DNA of 64,000 bases from an uncultured Clostridia bacterium. Lineage in GTDB: Bacteria; CAYTYR01; UBA6262. This document shows, in pieces, positions 27,121 through 36,556 of this stretch. A model generated the notes under the pieces. That model did not search any database and was not told where the DNA came from. It saw only the letters and a list, made by a program, of their open reading frames with translations. A program made the position numbers and the translations under genes. The DNA is taken from NCBI GenBank assembly GCA_964441745.1, contig CAYTYR010000001.1, forward strand, positions 130,754 through 194,753, read 5' to 3'. Position 1 is the stretch's first letter; every line of letters begins with the position of its first letter.

Positions 27121-27831
27121 TTATTTTACCGTCTGCTTAATTTTCTTTGCAAAGGTGTCCATCAGTGAAGAAACCAGATACTCAGCCGCGGTCTGGATGT
27201 TGGTCCCCTCATAGGTATCTGAGGCAATCCAGATAACTTCTCCGGTTTTGACATCGATCATTTTAGCAGTAATACCTATTTCCGCGTTAATGACATGAGT
27301 GACTGGAGTATCTTGCTCAGTGAATGTACGGTTTACTGTTTTTTGGGTTTCACGATCAGGTTTTTGTTCGGGTTGGCCAGTGTTTTGATCAGGTTTTGGT
27401 TTTTCTATCGTCTGGTAAGTGGTATTAGTATTGAATGATTTTTCATTAACTAAGACCACCTCTTTTCTGGCTGGTGCATATACCGGGACTGAACCTGTAA
27501 TAATAGCGTCAACCCCGGAAACCTTGCCAATTGCTCTAAGCTGATCATTACTAATCGCCCCGAGTGTATCCAGATGTTGCTCCGCCAATACTTTGGCCAG
27601 GTCATTCCGCTCCATCACCTCATATCCGGCCATGAGCAGATTCTTGGCAAAGATGTCGGCGATCATTAGCCCGGAATTTCGGTTGTCGGGTGATGGATTA
27701 AATTCAAGAACAGCAACTTTTTTGACCCGGGAAAAATCATACCCTCTTTTTATGGCAATATTCGAGGTTGCGCAGGATACAGTCAGGCTGATCATAAGCA
27801 TTATCAGGATGAGAGAAAGTTTATTTTTCAC
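27121..27831 (-). CDS. Lipoprotein with CsgG/LpoB-like (TolB-N-like) domain
   Basis: Lipobox LTVSC. The pattern KKVAVLEF.N.S......L.ADIFAKNLLMAGYEVMERNDL is typical of that fold. Confidence 0.45.
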   Translation of the reverse strand: MKNKLSLILIMLMISLTVSCATSNIAIKRGYDFSRVKKVAVLEFNPSPDNRNSGLMIADIFAKNLLMAGYEVMERNDLAKVLAEQHLDTLGAISNDQLRAIGKVSGVDAIITGSVPVYAPARKEVVLVNEKSFNTNTTYQTIEKPKPDQNTGQPEQKPDRETQKTVNRTFTEQDTPVTHVINAEIGITAKMIDVKTGEVIWIASDTYEGTNIQTAAEYLVSSLMDTFAKKIKQTVK

Positions 27832-28321
27832 TTAATTCCTCTTTCAACAGGTTAAGATGTTTTTCAGCGATCTTGATCTTATCCTTTTTATCGGCAGCGG
27901 CATATTTCAGGAAATTATCCCAGGCAATTACAGCTTTATTTTTAAGCTCTCTATCTTTGAGGGGATCTGTTTCAGCCAGCGCCTTGGCTTCATAGATCAT
28001 GCCCATAAAATAATAAGGCATCTCTTTAGTCGGGTCCAGATTCACTGTAGTAGTAAATTCATTAAGAGCTTCGTTATATTTTCCACTGCTGTAATAAGTC
28101 AGGCCTAGGTGAAAATGGACGGCCGGGTTCTTGATATAATCATCTTTTTTGAGCAACTCATTAAATATAGTGATCGCTCCTTGATAATCACCGTTCTTAG
28201 AAAGCCTGATCGCCTCCCGGATAGAGACTGCATCATTATCCTCAGCCGGCAAAACCACAGGCAACAGCAGTAGTACGCTTAGTATCAGCAATATTCCCTT
28301 TTTTATGCTTCTCTTGAACAT
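27821..28321 (-). CDS. Secreted TPR-repeat protein
   Basis: Signal peptide and 3-4 TPR units. Confidence 0.5.
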   Translation of the reverse strand: MFKRSIKKGILLILSVLLLLPVVLPAEDNDAVSIREAIRLSKNGDYQGAITIFNELLKKDDYIKNPAVHFHLGLTYYSSGKYNEALNEFTTTVNLDPTKEMPYYFMGMIYEAKALAETDPLKDRELKNKAVIAWDNFLKYAAADKKDKIKIAEKHLNLLKEELSEK

Positions 28322-28570
28322 TTTATCTGCTCCTTAAGACTTATTAACAGACTCGGGCGTTTCCCGAAACCCTTCATCTTCATCCTACTTTAAACTGGTT
28401 CAGTTTGTCAAGGTCACTCTTTATAAATTAGACAACAACGGCAAAGAAGAAGTTTCTTAAAACAAATAATTATTAAAAGTGTCTTTTAGCGGAACTAATC
28501 CATTTCTAATCTTGTCTAATTAGTAGCCAAGGCCAAGAAAGAAGATAATCCTAACCAATAGGAGGTAAGT

Positions 28571-28960
28571 ATGAGGAAAATTATGGTAACCTTTTTATTG
28601 TTATCGTTATTGGGAACAGGCCTGGCACAAGCCGCTGATGTTGCAGTAAGACTGAATATAAACATAGGAAATGAGCCGCCGATTTTCATTGCCCCTAGAG
28701 CTTTAGGCTTTTATACCGCAGTCGGAGTACCATACGACCTGTTCTATTTTGATTTCAATTATTACCTGTGCCAGGGTAACTCCTGGTATATAGCTTCTGG
28801 TTATCGCGGTCCTTGGGCAGCTATTCGTTATGAAAAGCTTCCTCCGGGACTTCGCCGTCATAAGTACAACCGGATCATTGCCATACGGAATCAAGAATTC
28901 AAGCGGTATAGCCGCAACCACGGCCATTATGATGGCTGGTATTTTCGCCCGGGCCGGTGA
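28571..28960 (+). CDS. Secreted hypothetical protein (129 aa)
   Basis: Signal peptide with AQA cleavage site. GGAGG SD upstream. Confidence 0.4.
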   Translation: MRKIMVTFLLLSLLGTGLAQAADVAVRLNINIGNEPPIFIAPRALGFYTAVGVPYDLFYFDFNYYLCQGNSWYIASGYRGPWAAIRYEKLPPGLRRHKYNRIIAIRNQEFKRYSRNHGHYDGWYFRPGR

Positions 28961-29021
28961 AGAACGGCACGAAAAACATAACCAAAAGAACAATGGACGC
29001 GGACACAAAAAGCACTAAAAC

Positions 29022-29056
29022 AAAAACTCCCCCGCTAATTAGCGGGGGAGTTTTTG
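29022..29056. terminator. Bidirectional rho-independent terminator (CTCCCCCGCT-AATT-AGCGGGGGAG flanked by A- and T-tracts)
   Basis: 10-bp GC-rich perfect stem with a 5'-AAAAA and 3'-TTTTTGTT context. Lies between convergent genes. Confidence 0.75.
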
Positions 29057-29079
29057 TTATGGCTGTTTTATTCTGAAAA

Positions 29080-29694
29080 TTATTCGATTCCCATATTTTT
29101 TAATATATCTTCTTTTAGCTGCTTGGCTACATCCCGGAAAGCTTCAGATAATTCTGCCCCGGCATCACCGGCTTTGAAATTATAAAGGTTATAAGAGTTA
29201 GTTGCTTTCGATTCTGCTGTAAATGACTCTATTATTTTTCCTGTCTTATTATCCTTGATATTTAGAGTAATCTCAGCAACCCCTTCTATGTTATAAGTTG
29301 GCACACCAAAATAAATCAAAAGATTTAAAAATGGTATAAACGTCAATGGACTGGGGGTAGCTTTCCACATAAACCTTTCAATGTTACCGGTAATATAAAG
29401 ATCGTCATCTGCTTTCTTGCGATTATGGATTTCGGCAAATATGTCTGATTTTTCAAAGTCCTCCAAAAGCTTTGAAGTAACTTTTTCCTCAAGATCCTTA
29501 ATGCTCTTAGTGTTACTAATATCCGCTTTTGGTCTCTTATCTTTTAATACAACCATCCCTACTGTTTTGTTGATCTTTTTATCACTAGCTGTTAATGATG
29601 GTTGGTATTGAAATGGTACGTTTCCATTCAAACTAGCACACCCGGCTAAAAGCAGTATACTTAGCAAAAACAGGCTTATTGCTTTTTTATTCAT
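29080..29694 (-). CDS. Lipoprotein, unknown function
   Basis: Lipobox LLAGCAS; 204 aa. Confidence 0.45.
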   Translation of the reverse strand: MNKKAISLFLLSILLLAGCASLNGNVPFQYQPSLTASDKKINKTVGMVVLKDKRPKADISNTKSIKDLEEKVTSKLLEDFEKSDIFAEIHNRKKADDDLYITGNIERFMWKATPSPLTFIPFLNLLIYFGVPTYNIEGVAEITLNIKDNKTGKIIESFTAESKATNSYNLYNFKAGDAGAELSEAFRDVAKQLKEDILKNMGIE

Positions 29695-29893
29695 TCTTTC
29701 TCTCCTTTTTGTTAGATACCTTCATATTAATAATACATAAAATTATACTCTTACGCAAGTACTTTTTAAATCTATCCCTTTATGAATTCCCCTCCGTAAA
29801 ATCAATATCGTTTGTATGATCATTAACAGACTAGGCCTTTACAAATTAAGAATAAAATACAAAACAAAAACTCCGGCATTTTACTGCAGGAGT

Positions 29894-30172
29894 TTACTTT
29901 TTCTTTTTACTTAGTCTTTTGAGTTCTTTTATATCACCTTTTATCAACGCAAGTTTTTTCAGCTTACCCCATCCTTTAATCTGTCTTTCTCTATCATATG
30001 CTTGGAGTTCTTCGTCGAAATGTTCTGTATAGACAATTTTATTAGGCTTGCTGCTTTTTGTATACCATCCGCCCTTACCAGAAACATGTTCTTGAAATCT
30101 TCTTTTTAAATTCCCAGTAACTCCTGTGTAATACTTTCCATTTCCACATTCAAGAATATACAAATACCACAT
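29894..30172 (-). CDS. GIY-YIG nuclease family protein (UPF0213-like)
   Basis: YLYILECGNGKYYTGVTGNLKRRFQEH carries the GIY-YIG motifs (YILE.., YYTG.T.NL.RR..EH). Confidence 0.7.
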   Translation of the reverse strand: MWYLYILECGNGKYYTGVTGNLKRRFQEHVSGKGGWYTKSSKPNKIVYTEHFDEELQAYDRERQIKGWGKLKKLALIKGDIKELKRLSKKKK

Positions 30173-30248
30173 AATTTATGTCATCCTTCGACACGTTCGC
30201 TTTGCTCACTTGCTCAGGATAGTTCGACGAAATGCTTGTAGTGAGCAA

Positions 30249-30278
30249 AGAGGGTGGTCAATTAAATGACCACCCTCT
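30249..30278 (-). terminator. Hairpin terminator downstream of tRNA-Asn
   Basis: AGAGGGTGGTCA-tttaat-TGACCACCCTCT on the minus strand, immediately 3' of the tRNA. Confidence 0.5.
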
Positions 30279-30289
30279 GCGTCGAACTA

Positions 30290-30361
30290 CTGCCTGGGTA
30301 GGACTCGAACCTACAACCTAGCGATTAACAGTCGCTCGCTCCACCATTGAGCTACCAGGCA
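30290..30361 (-). tRNA. tRNA-Asn (anticodon GTT)
   Basis: Manually folded cloverleaf: acceptor TGCCTGG/CCAGGCA, D-arm GCTC/GAGC, anticodon stem AGCGA/TCGCT with loop CTGTTAA, T-arm GTAGG-TTCGAGT-CCTAC. CCA is not encoded. Confidence 0.85.
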
Positions 30362-30380
30362 AGACTCGTTACACTCGTCT

Positions 30381-30412
30381 TTCATAGGAGACACCACTAA
30401 AGTGGTTTCTCC
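30381..30412 (-). promoter_or_regulatory. Conserved tRNA-upstream element: hairpin followed by CCTATGAA, about 20 nt 5' of tRNA-Asn
   Basis: TTCATAGG plus hairpin GGAGACACCACTAAAGTGGTTTCTCC. The same arrangement sits upstream of the other two tRNAs. Confidence 0.45.
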
Positions 30413-30439
30413 CTGCCTACCGGCAGGCAGGCTTCTGAC

Positions 30440-31387
30440 TTATTTAATTTCTAAAGGTTTATTAGTGCATTCTTCCATCATTTGCAGCCACGCCCAATGC
30501 TCATCTATATTTCTTTGTATCTCTGCCACTAACCCTTCATTTTCAGGCTTGAGCAAATGTTTAAACCGTGATTGCTGTTTCAAATATTCCATAATCGGCT
30601 TTTTTTCTTTCGGCTTTACATTGATCTTGTATTTACCATTAATCACTTCATAAACAGGCCATAAACAGGTTTCTACAGCTAATCTGCCCAGGGTCACTGT
30701 GTTTTCCGGACTATAGCCCCAGCCTAAACGGCACGGTTGAAGAGTATTTATAAAAGTAGGCCCGTCTGTTTCCAAAGCTTTTTGTACTTTAGTAGTGAGA
30801 TCATTCCAGTAGCCAATAGCAGTTTGAGCCACATAAGGAATATTATGCGCTACCATGATCTCGGTTAAATCTTTACGGATTTGTTCTTTCCCCTTTTTCA
30901 CTTTACCTACCGGAGCAGTAGAAGCATATGCTCCCAACGGTGTCGCGGAAGATCTTTGGATACCCGTATTCATATACGCTTCATTGTTGTAGCAGACATA
31001 TAGCATGCGATGCCTACGCTCCATCGCTCCGGACAATGATTGTAGCCCGATATCATACGTGCCACCATCTCCGCCAAAAGCAATAAACCGTATGTCTTTA
31101 TCAACTTTCCCATTCCTTTTTAACGCTTTATACGCTGCTTCTATGCCGCTGCATGAAGCTGCCGCGTTTTCAAACGCGCTATGGAACCAAGGGGTTTTCC
31201 AGGCGCTGAATGGGAAAATGGTAGTGGATACTTCCAGACAGCCGGTAGCATTAGCCACAACAACTGGTTTGTCTGCGGCGGCCATCATCACCTGCCGGGC
31301 AATTATACCTGCTCCGCATCCAGCACAAAGGCGATGTCCCCCGGAAAGCAATTCAGGCCTTTTAGATAATTCTTTTAAATTTGCCAT
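30440..31387 (-). CDS. porB: 2-oxoacid:ferredoxin oxidoreductase beta subunit (TPP-binding; POR/VOR-type)
   Basis: GCGAGI..R…GDGG TPP-binding motif and the Cys ligands of the proximal 4Fe-4S cluster. Operon order gamma-delta-alpha-beta. Confidence 0.8.
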   Translation of the reverse strand: MANLKELSKRPELLSGGHRLCAGCGAGIIARQVMMAAADKPVVVANATGCLEVSTTIFPFSAWKTPWFHSAFENAAASCSGIEAAYKALKRNGKVDKDIRFIAFGGDGGTYDIGLQSLSGAMERRHRMLYVCYNNEAYMNTGIQRSSATPLGAYASTAPVGKVKKGKEQIRKDLTEIMVAHNIPYVAQTAIGYWNDLTTKVQKALETDGPTFINTLQPCRLGWGYSPENTVTLGRLAVETCLWPVYEVINGKYKINVKPKEKKPIMEYLKQQSRFKHLLKPENEGLVAEIQRNIDEHWAWLQMMEECTNKPLEIK

Positions 31388-31402
31388 TTATTCATATCCT
31401 CC

Positions 31403-32581
31403 CTATTCCCTGACGCCAATATATTTCGCATTACTCTCTGTTTTGCCGCTTAATAGTTCTTCATAAATTTCAGTGATCATTTCTAAGGTGATGTCCCGGC
31501 CACCCAACCCATACACATAGCTGGCAACTTTAGGTTTCTTGTCCAGCTCGTATAAGCAGGAGCGAATCTCAGAACAAACCGGCGCGACATAACTATTATA
31601 TCCATCATGCCGGTCCATTACGCCAACAATTTTAACATTCTTTAAAGCTTCCCGGATATCATCAAAGGGGAAAGGCCGGAAAACCCTGATCTTGAGCATC
31701 CCCACTTTTTTGCCTTGGTTTCTCATTTCATCAATGACCACTTTCGCTGTACCGGCGGTTGAACCGAGAACCACTATGGCCGCTTCAGCGTCTTCTAATT
31801 TATAGGTTTCGATCATATCATATGAGCGTCCAAATTTCTGCCCAAACTCTTTGCCAATCTCTTTAACGACCTTGGTCGCTTTGCGCATGGCTTCAATTTC
31901 CTGCCGCTTGTGCTCAAAATAGTAATCCTGGAGATCAATGGCTCCGAGAGTAAACGGATGATCCGTGTCTAAGAGCCAGTTTTTTGGTTTGTAGGTCCCG
32001 ACAAATTCTTTTACTTGTTCGTCTTTTAGCATTTCGATAGCTTCCATGCAATGGCTGATAATGAACCCATCGGTGGATACCGTAGCCGGCAAGAGCACGT
32101 CCGGATGTTCGCAAATCCTGACCGCCTGAATCATGCTGTCGTAAGCTTCCTGTGAATTTTCGCAATAGATTTGCAGGAATCCTGTATCGCGGGCACACAT
32201 GGTATCGCTTTGGTCGCCGTGAATATTGATCGGGGCGGACAAGGCGCGGTTCACTTCAGCGATTACGATCGGTAGTCTCAAGCCAGACGCAATATACATC
32301 ATTTCGTACATCAAGGCCAAGCCCTGGCTGGAAGTGCCGGTCATCGCTCTGGCTCCGGCAGCTGACGCCCCAATGCAGGCGCTCAAGGCGCTATGTTCGC
32401 TTTCGACTGCTACAAATTCAGTATTAACCAGCCCGTCAGCCACAAATTGTGAAAATATCTGCACTATTTCTGTGGCCGGAGTAATCGGGTAGGCAGCTAC
32501 TACATCAGGATTGATCTGGCGCATGGCTTCAGCCATGGCTTCATTACCGGTTTTTGCTTTTAAATTCTTTTTTTCTGGCAT
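31403..32581 (-). CDS. porA: 2-oxoacid:ferredoxin oxidoreductase alpha subunit
   Basis: 392 aa with N-terminal GNEA…AA…PITP pattern of POR/VOR alpha. Confidence 0.8.
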   Translation of the reverse strand: MPEKKNLKAKTGNEAMAEAMRQINPDVVAAYPITPATEIVQIFSQFVADGLVNTEFVAVESEHSALSACIGASAAGARAMTGTSSQGLALMYEMMYIASGLRLPIVIAEVNRALSAPINIHGDQSDTMCARDTGFLQIYCENSQEAYDSMIQAVRICEHPDVLLPATVSTDGFIISHCMEAIEMLKDEQVKEFVGTYKPKNWLLDTDHPFTLGAIDLQDYYFEHKRQEIEAMRKATKVVKEIGKEFGQKFGRSYDMIETYKLEDAEAAIVVLGSTAGTAKVVIDEMRNQGKKVGMLKIRVFRPFPFDDIREALKNVKIVGVMDRHDGYNSYVAPVCSEIRSCLYELDKKPKVASYVYGLGGRDITLEMITEIYEELLSGKTESNAKYIGVRE

Positions 32582-32598
32582 TATATTATTTCCTCCAT

Positions 32599-32907
32599 TT
32601 ACTTCTTTTCCGCTTCCATTTTAATGGCTTTATTGCCTTTTTTACCAGGACATTCCGTGGCGCATATGCCACAACCTTTGCAATGTTTATAATCAAAACC
32701 TGTCATCTGTCCATCTTTGACCATTATTGCTGAATCCGGGCAATAAACCCAGCAAAATAAGCATTGGATACAATTTTCAGGGATCCATACCGGCTTTTCA
32801 CTGCGCCAATCACCAGTCTCAAACGCTGCCGCGCTGCCAGCTTCCAGGTAATCGCAAGCCGGTAAATCTTTCCAGCCTTTTTTCTTTTCTGCTTTAATAT
32901 CTGCCAT
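32599..32907 (-). CDS. porD: 2-oxoacid:ferredoxin oxidoreductase delta subunit (2x[4Fe-4S] ferredoxin)
   Basis: CIQCLFCWVYCP and CKGCGICATECP. Confidence 0.8.
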   Translation of the reverse strand: MADIKAEKKKGWKDLPACDYLEAGSAAAFETGDWRSEKPVWIPENCIQCLFCWVYCPDSAIMVKDGQMTGFDYKHCKGCGICATECPGKKGNKAIKMEAEKK

Positions 32908-32911
32908 ATAT

Positions 32912-33547
32912 TTACTCCTCGCCTTTCACTTCTTGATAAGCACGTTGAATAGACTTAATATTACCTTCGATGATCTCCGGCCTGTTTTTAAATTTTAAGG
33001 TAAGTTTTTTACGGTTATCTTCTACCATCCGTTCGAAATTGATCAATCCGGTCACCTTAGCTAAAGCTCCTAACATCGGGGTATTCGGGATATCCCGGCC
33101 AATGGTTTCACGAGAGATAGCAGAAGCATCTACAGTGTATATTTTCCCTTTAATTAACCCTAATTTGGTTTTAATGTTTTTGGGTGTTTCACTGGTATTA
33201 ATGATGATAACACCGCCTTCAGGTAATCCCTGAGTAACATCCACTGTGTCCATCAAGGTAGGGTCTAACACTACTACTACACTGGGATTGGTCACTCCGC
33301 AATGGATCGTGATTGGTTCGTCACTAAGCCGGTCAAAAGACTGCACCGGCGCGCCCATGCGTTCCGGGCCATATTCTGGGAAAGCCTGGATATAAAGGCC
33401 TTCGCCAAGCGCGGCATCAGCAAATAACAAGGCGGCTGTTTTTGCTCCTTGTCCGCCACGGCCATGCCAGCGGATCTCTGTTAATTTACCCATACTAAAT
33501 ACTCCTTTTGCCTTTTGATATAATGAAATAGGCCTCTGATATATCAA
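32912..33547 (-). CDS. porG: 2-oxoacid:ferredoxin oxidoreductase gamma subunit
   Basis: IRWHGRGGQG hallmark of the gamma subunit. Confidence 0.8.
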   Translation of the reverse strand: MIYQRPISLYQKAKGVFSMGKLTEIRWHGRGGQGAKTAALLFADAALGEGLYIQAFPEYGPERMGAPVQSFDRLSDEPITIHCGVTNPSVVVVLDPTLMDTVDVTQGLPEGGVIIINTSETPKNIKTKLGLIKGKIYTVDASAISRETIGRDIPNTPMLGALAKVTGLINFERMVEDNRKKLTLKFKNRPEIIEGNIKSIQRAYQEVKGEE

Positions 33548-33623
33548 CTACCAGAGACCCTGAAGAAACTACTTAAGTATACCAGATTTCTCTTGTCTTG
33601 TCAAGTACCACACTAAAACTTGT

Positions 33624-35036
33624 CAAGCCAATTTAGAAATGTCCTATTGTTACCAAATTAGAAATGTCCGGTTTTGAGCTTTAAAAAGAGCCGCGATTTT
33701 CTTTGAAAAAAGCATGTATACTTTGCCGCCAAGGATGATCTTTGGGCAGTATATAGGGCCTTCTGGCTTTTGGCTTCTTCACTTCTTGCTGGATCTTCTC
33801 CGGACGATTGGTGATCTCCTTGAACCGTAAGTGCTTACCTTGATAGTTAATGTATTTTCGTCCGTTAACTCTTTCTTCTACGACTACTCCTTTGCCACCA
33901 ATATTATCCTTGATCTGATATAGTTTCCCCTCATGCGCAACCGTAAAGTCGTTCCTTACCACTCTACTCGTCTTGATACACAATATCTGGTCCAAGTCCA
34001 CCCCAGCCGCTATCTGCCGGTGCAGATTTGTACTCTTGGCTGCTTTAACCCCAAACCGCCGGCCATACCAGGAAAAGTACTTAGGTAGAAATTTATTCGC
34101 CTCGGCAATGCTCTTGATCCTGCGTAGTCTCATTTCTTTGATCAGTCGATTTTGCAAAGATCTAAACAAGCGCTCTATCCGCCCTTTGGCTTGCGGCGAA
34201 TGCGCGTGGATCACGTCCACCTCAAGTTCTTTCAACGCCCGCTCATATTGGCTCAGTGGTTCTAGCCCTTGCAACTGTTCTTCGATTGTCGCTTCTTTTG
34301 TTGATTTGTAGGTGCTGTGTTTGTCTAAATACACACTCGCCGGGACTCCATATTTCTGGCTATACCGCTTAAAACTATCCAAGGCAGGCAATGTCCCTTC
34401 ATACTCGTAAAACCGCCCATATGGCCTGCCGGTGGCATCATCTATGTAACACATCAACACACTTTCCGGCCCGCGCTCTTCAAACCATTTGTGCCGCGAT
34501 CCGTCTAACTGCAACATCTCTCCAAAACTTTCTTTCCTCTCCCGCCACTGCCGATGCGGCCTCGACTTGCGCCCTTGATACTCTATATCCTGATCGATCA
34601 GCCATAATCTTAACGTCTCATCGTTTATCTTGATCTTGTCTCTCTCCCACAGTTTCTCGCTGCCCAAGGTCGGCCCAAAATCAGGATACTTCTTTTGATA
34701 CAACGATAGCACCTTTTCTTTGATCTCCGCCGCTATCGCCCGATTGGATTCCCGCCCGCGCGATTTGTGAATTATTCCTCGCTCTCCCTCTCGCCGTATC
34801 GTCTTGATTAGCCTCCGTACCTGCCGACTACTGATCCCGATCAACTCCGCCGCCGCTTCTTGCGTGATCTCTTTCTCTATTGCTTTCTTGATCAGGTGCA
34901 ATCTCTTTAATTCCCTTTGACTCATGCTGATAATGTCCTCTCTCACTATGCTACCCCCTTAGCAGGGTATTATAGCAGATTTAATTTAGGACATTTCTAC
35001 TTTGGCTAAATAGGACATTATCATTTTGGGATTACA
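33624..35036 (-). mobile_element. ISNCY-family (ISPlu15-like) insertion sequence with roughly 30-bp imperfect terminal inverted repeats and 18-bp flanking direct repeats
   Basis: Terminal IRs containing AATGTCCTATT…TAGAAATGTCC at both ends. TACCACACTAAAACTTGT is present at 33606-33623 and 35037-35054. Confidence 0.65.
33681..34946 (-). CDS. ISNCY-family DDE transposase (421 aa)
   Basis: N-terminal HTH (ISMSQRELKRLHLIKK…), integrase-core-like middle (…LQLDGSRHKWFE…YIDDATG…), D, D, E spacing. Occupies the whole element. Confidence 0.7.
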   Translation of the reverse strand: MREDIISMSQRELKRLHLIKKAIEKEITQEAAAELIGISSRQVRRLIKTIRREGERGIIHKSRGRESNRAIAAEIKEKVLSLYQKKYPDFGPTLGSEKLWERDKIKINDETLRLWLIDQDIEYQGRKSRPHRQWRERKESFGEMLQLDGSRHKWFEERGPESVLMCYIDDATGRPYGRFYEYEGTLPALDSFKRYSQKYGVPASVYLDKHSTYKSTKEATIEEQLQGLEPLSQYERALKELEVDVIHAHSPQAKGRIERLFRSLQNRLIKEMRLRRIKSIAEANKFLPKYFSWYGRRFGVKAAKSTNLHRQIAAGVDLDQILCIKTSRVVRNDFTVAHEGKLYQIKDNIGGKGVVVEERVNGRKYINYQGKHLRFKEITNRPEKIQQEVKKPKARRPYILPKDHPWRQSIHAFFKENRGSF

Positions 35037-35061
35037 GTACCACACTAAAACTTGTACCACA

Positions 35062-36552
35062 CTAAAACTTAAAGGCGATCTCCTCAAGCATCATCGGGTT
35101 ATAATACGTTAGGCTAAAAAACCGCCAGGCAGTGCTGGCTACAGATCCAACCCATTTCCTGTTCGGGCCCCGGGGTATTTCCCATTCATCCCGATAGGTA
35201 AGCAGTCGTTCCTTGTCTCCGGGATTAGTTGAAGTGTAGGGTAAAGCATGCTCAGGAAGATTGACTAATTCAGCTATTTTATCCAGTTCCTGGGAAATTT
35301 TAATGGCTTTCTTTTTATACTCTTCAGTCTTATTTTTCCTGCCAATGCTGGTACTATACTTAGCCATGATCTTATAGGCCAGCACCATTTGAGCAGTACC
35401 TTCTATCCAAATGAGCCGCTTCCGGGGATTATTGATCTCCTCTGGCACAGTAAAGTCAAATCCTTCTATCGGCTTCCCTTTAATTACATCCTTAACCAGT
35501 AAATATTTTTCCGCAAATTCTATGAGCCGGAATGGATCAATTCCCCATTCGGCCAGCCGTACCGGCCCGATTACTGACAAACTATTAGAGATCGTATCTA
35601 AAGCTTTTGTCGGATCAATTCCAATTTCATTGTAGCCACAATAAAATCCGCCATTATCTTTATTATAGGCGACTTCTTTAAACCAGCGTTCCAGGCCGGC
35701 AAGTTCCCTGGAAATTACTTTTTCTGTCAAGCCCCGATCCATAAAAACTCTTTTTACCTGAGCAGAGCATTGCTTACAGATATGCTGTAAAATTAGCAAA
35801 ATGGAATAATAATCAATGCAGTTTTCCGTAGAATAAACTTTGCTCCAGTCAGAACCCCAGCCATAACCCATCGAAACTGCGCCCTTTTGCCCATCTTCAA
35901 AAGTATAATGCGGCAAGGTGGAAACCCATTTGGCCATATCTATCACCCAGGGCAAATAACTGCCGTCTCCGGTGATTCTGATATACTGGATAGCCGCCAA
36001 AGCGATCCACATAGTGGGCCCGACATACACCCGATCTCCATCAATGCCAATCACCAAGGAATTGTCTTCGCCGACCTGGTCAGTTAAATAAGAAGTATAT
36101 AGTCCCAGTACCCCGTTTTTAGACCGATAAAAATCTCGCTGCATACTATCCAAAATCTGTTTAGCCTTTTTTTGTTGCCCGCAGGCACTATAGACCATGG
36201 CCGCTGTGGCAATATCATAGGTGAAGGCTTGATGCGCTAAATGCGGTTCATGACCGAGCTCAAAGATACCATCTGCAGGGATAAAATAGTATAAACTGGA
36301 GTTTTGATAGCTTTCTACCAAGCCGGTAACGGCTGACCGGTGCTCATCTAAAAATCTCAGTGTTTCCTGCCTTATACTGCTATATTTTTCCCTAAGCTTT
36401 AGATTCATATATTCTTCGTCAGGCTGTGCATATACTGCTTCCTGGGCTTGACCCTGGCCAACACTAATAAGCAAAAATATAATAAAAGTTTTTATTATTA
36501 GTTTTACCTTTAAAAAATCTGTGTAATCATCTTTCAAAATCTGTGTAATCAT
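35062..36552 (-). CDS. Secreted hypothetical protein (496 aa; possibly alpha/alpha-barrel glycoside-hydrolase-like)
   Basis: Signal-peptide-like hydrophobic stretch followed by AQEA. No definite motif. The 5' end carries a 22-bp tandem duplication. Confidence 0.4.
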   Translation of the reverse strand: MITQILKDDYTDFLKVKLIIKTFIIFLLISVGQGQAQEAVYAQPDEEYMNLKLREKYSSIRQETLRFLDEHRSAVTGLVESYQNSSLYYFIPADGIFELGHEPHLAHQAFTYDIATAAMVYSACGQQKKAKQILDSMQRDFYRSKNGVLGLYTSYLTDQVGEDNSLVIGIDGDRVYVGPTMWIALAAIQYIRITGDGSYLPWVIDMAKWVSTLPHYTFEDGQKGAVSMGYGWGSDWSKVYSTENCIDYYSILLILQHICKQCSAQVKRVFMDRGLTEKVISRELAGLERWFKEVAYNKDNGGFYCGYNEIGIDPTKALDTISNSLSVIGPVRLAEWGIDPFRLIEFAEKYLLVKDVIKGKPIEGFDFTVPEEINNPRKRLIWIEGTAQMVLAYKIMAKYSTSIGRKNKTEEYKKKAIKISQELDKIAELVNLPEHALPYTSTNPGDKERLLTYRDEWEIPRGPNRKWVGSVASTAWRFFSLTYYNPMMLEEIAFKF

Positions 36553-36556
36553 CTTT
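36513..36556. repeat. 22-bp perfect tandem duplication (AAAATCTGTGTAATCATCTTT x2) at the 5' end of the 496-aa ORF
   Basis: Seen in sequence. Duplicates the codons for KDDYTDF. Confidence 0.7.

Noticed and set aside
30180-30290. Inverted-repeat-rich spacer after tRNA-Asn as a mobile-element end (attachment site)
   Set aside because: No integrase gene and no direct repeat of the tRNA 3' end found nearby. The strongest hairpin is adequately explained as the tRNA terminator. Kept only as a minor note under the GIY-YIG finding.
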